Source: Camelus ferus
Taxonomy: Eukaryota
DNA length: 64,000 nucleotides
NCBI RefSeq assembly: GCF_009834535.1
Contig: NC_045707.1
Span: forward strand, 46,750,001-46,814,000
Direction of reading: 5' to 3'
The notes under the pieces are model-generated. The model worked only from the letters and a program-made list of their open reading frames with translations, did no database searches and was not told the DNA's origin. A program made the position numbers and the translations under genes. Shown in pieces: positions 62,881 to 64,000 of this stretch (position 1 is the stretch's first letter; each line of letters begins with the position of its first letter).

Positions 62881-63399
62881 AGTCGTCCTCAGGCTGCTAC
62901 CACCCTACCCCCACCCCCACAATATCCACTTCTTCCCACAGTGCCCATGAAAGCCTGGGTGCTGGGCTGCCTTCCCACGTCCAGGACCCCTGGGGCCCTG
63001 CAGGTGTGGGATTTGTGATTCCTGCACCAAGCAACGGGAGAGAAGCATGCGGAGTACAACAGCCTGTGTACCTGGGGACTGAATCTCCCAGCTGTCCAGG
63101 TAAGGAAAAAGGACCCTTCTCATTCAAGAAAGCAGACTCCCCCAGGTAGCTGTACTCTTTTCCCAGGGCATCCACCACAGTGCTCTCTGGGAGGATATGA
63201 AAAAAAAAAAGAGTGGAATCATAGGAAATAAAGACCAAAATTAGAACATTTTATTTTTCCTTGTATCCCTTGGCATTGAATAACACCATTTTGCACAGGT
63301 GGGTTTTCAATAAACTTGGAAGTAAGGCTATGGAAAATGTTTTAAATGCTGTGTTGGTCTTAAAATTCCAGTTCTTCAGATATAAAAGTGATGTTTGAA

Positions 63400-64000
63400 T
63401 ATCTTCCTCCCATGGACACATACTCATGAAAGCCTCAAAACTCTCAATCAAAATTATTCTCAATCAAAATCCCAGCATATTTTTAAAGAGAAATTGACAA
63501 GATGATTCTAAATTTATAAGGAGATGTGAGGGCCAAAATAATTTTGAAAAAAAACACAGTGGAGAAATTACACTACGTGATTACAAGACATAATCTAAAA
63601 CTAAAGAAATGAAGAGAGTGTGATATTAGTAAAATGATACAAAAATTGATCGGTGGAACAGACTGAAGTCCAGAAACGGATCTACACCTTTAAGGACAAC
63701 TGATTTTCAAGAAAGGTACATAGGCAATTCAGTGGAAAAAGGACAGTCTTCCCACCAAGTGATGCTGACACAATTGACTATGTACGTGCACAAAAAATAA
63801 AGAGAAGTTCAATCCATACCTCATGCCATATACAAAAATTAACTCAAAACTGATCACAGACCAAATGAAAAACCTAAAACTACATAAATTCCAGAAGAAA
63901 ATATAGGTGAAAAACATTGGCAACCTTAGCTTAGGAAAAGTTTTCCTAGAAACAATGCCCAAAACATGATCCATATAAGAACAAATTGATAAAGTATATA
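63400..64000 (+). mobile_element. Old L1 ORF2 remnant (runs off the window)
   Basis: caatcaaaatcccagca..gaaattgacaagatgattctaaattt; tacctcatgccatatacaaaaattaactcaaaa; cagaagaaaatatagg. Confidence 0.85.

Larger units (their letters stand above)
49194..64000 (-). other. CRADD: 3' part of the CRADD intron preceding the death-domain exon
   Basis: Polypyrimidine tract and AG at 49194-49225 on minus. No CARD-encoding exon is recognisable in the remaining 15 kb, which is repeat-rich. Confidence 0.85.

Noticed and set aside
9324..63951. Scattered single GAS motifs (e.g. 11917, 18398, 18844, 23971, 24357, 41042, 42369)
   Set aside because: Isolated 9-mers are common in AT-rich mammalian DNA and several matches lie in repeats; enrichment cannot be established by eye.
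544..63974. Remaining ORFs in the six-frame track (60-165 aa)
   Set aside because: No recognisable domains or splice-consistent structure. Many use non-ATG starts or overlap repeats and microsatellites.

Overview
Mammalian genomic DNA, almost certainly a camelid (alpaca/llama/camel), judged from three vic-1-type tRNA-derived SINEs. It is not prokaryotic, and I found no CRISPR array, rRNA or genuine tRNA gene. The only well-supported protein-coding sequence is the last coding exon of CRADD/RAIDD on the minus strand (49193-48892, the death domain of the PIDDosome adaptor). Its 3' UTR and poly(A) signals lie to the left, and the 3' end of a long intron fills 49194-64000. The rest is downstream or intronic DNA dense in transposable elements: L1 of several ages (some with clean target-site duplications), L2, CR1/L3, MIR, MaLR/ERVL LTRs, and hAT and Tigger DNA-transposon fossils. 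Nearly all supplied ORFs are spurious or TE remnants. I found no new multi-gene system. The best leads are: (1) an ancient full-length MER45R-like hAT fossil that has kept a dense CpG core with NRF1/YY1/ETS/CCAAT motifs (possible exapted promoter); (2) a candidate distal alternative last exon of CRADD near 7.65 kb, with a CAG-CAG-CAG acceptor, that would give a CARD-only isoform; (3) paired STAT GAS sites and a CTCF-like site in the same non-repeat block; (4) a very young 69-bp L1 insertion with a perfect 16-bp TSD. Repeat family names and human CRADD comparisons come from memory and were not computed.
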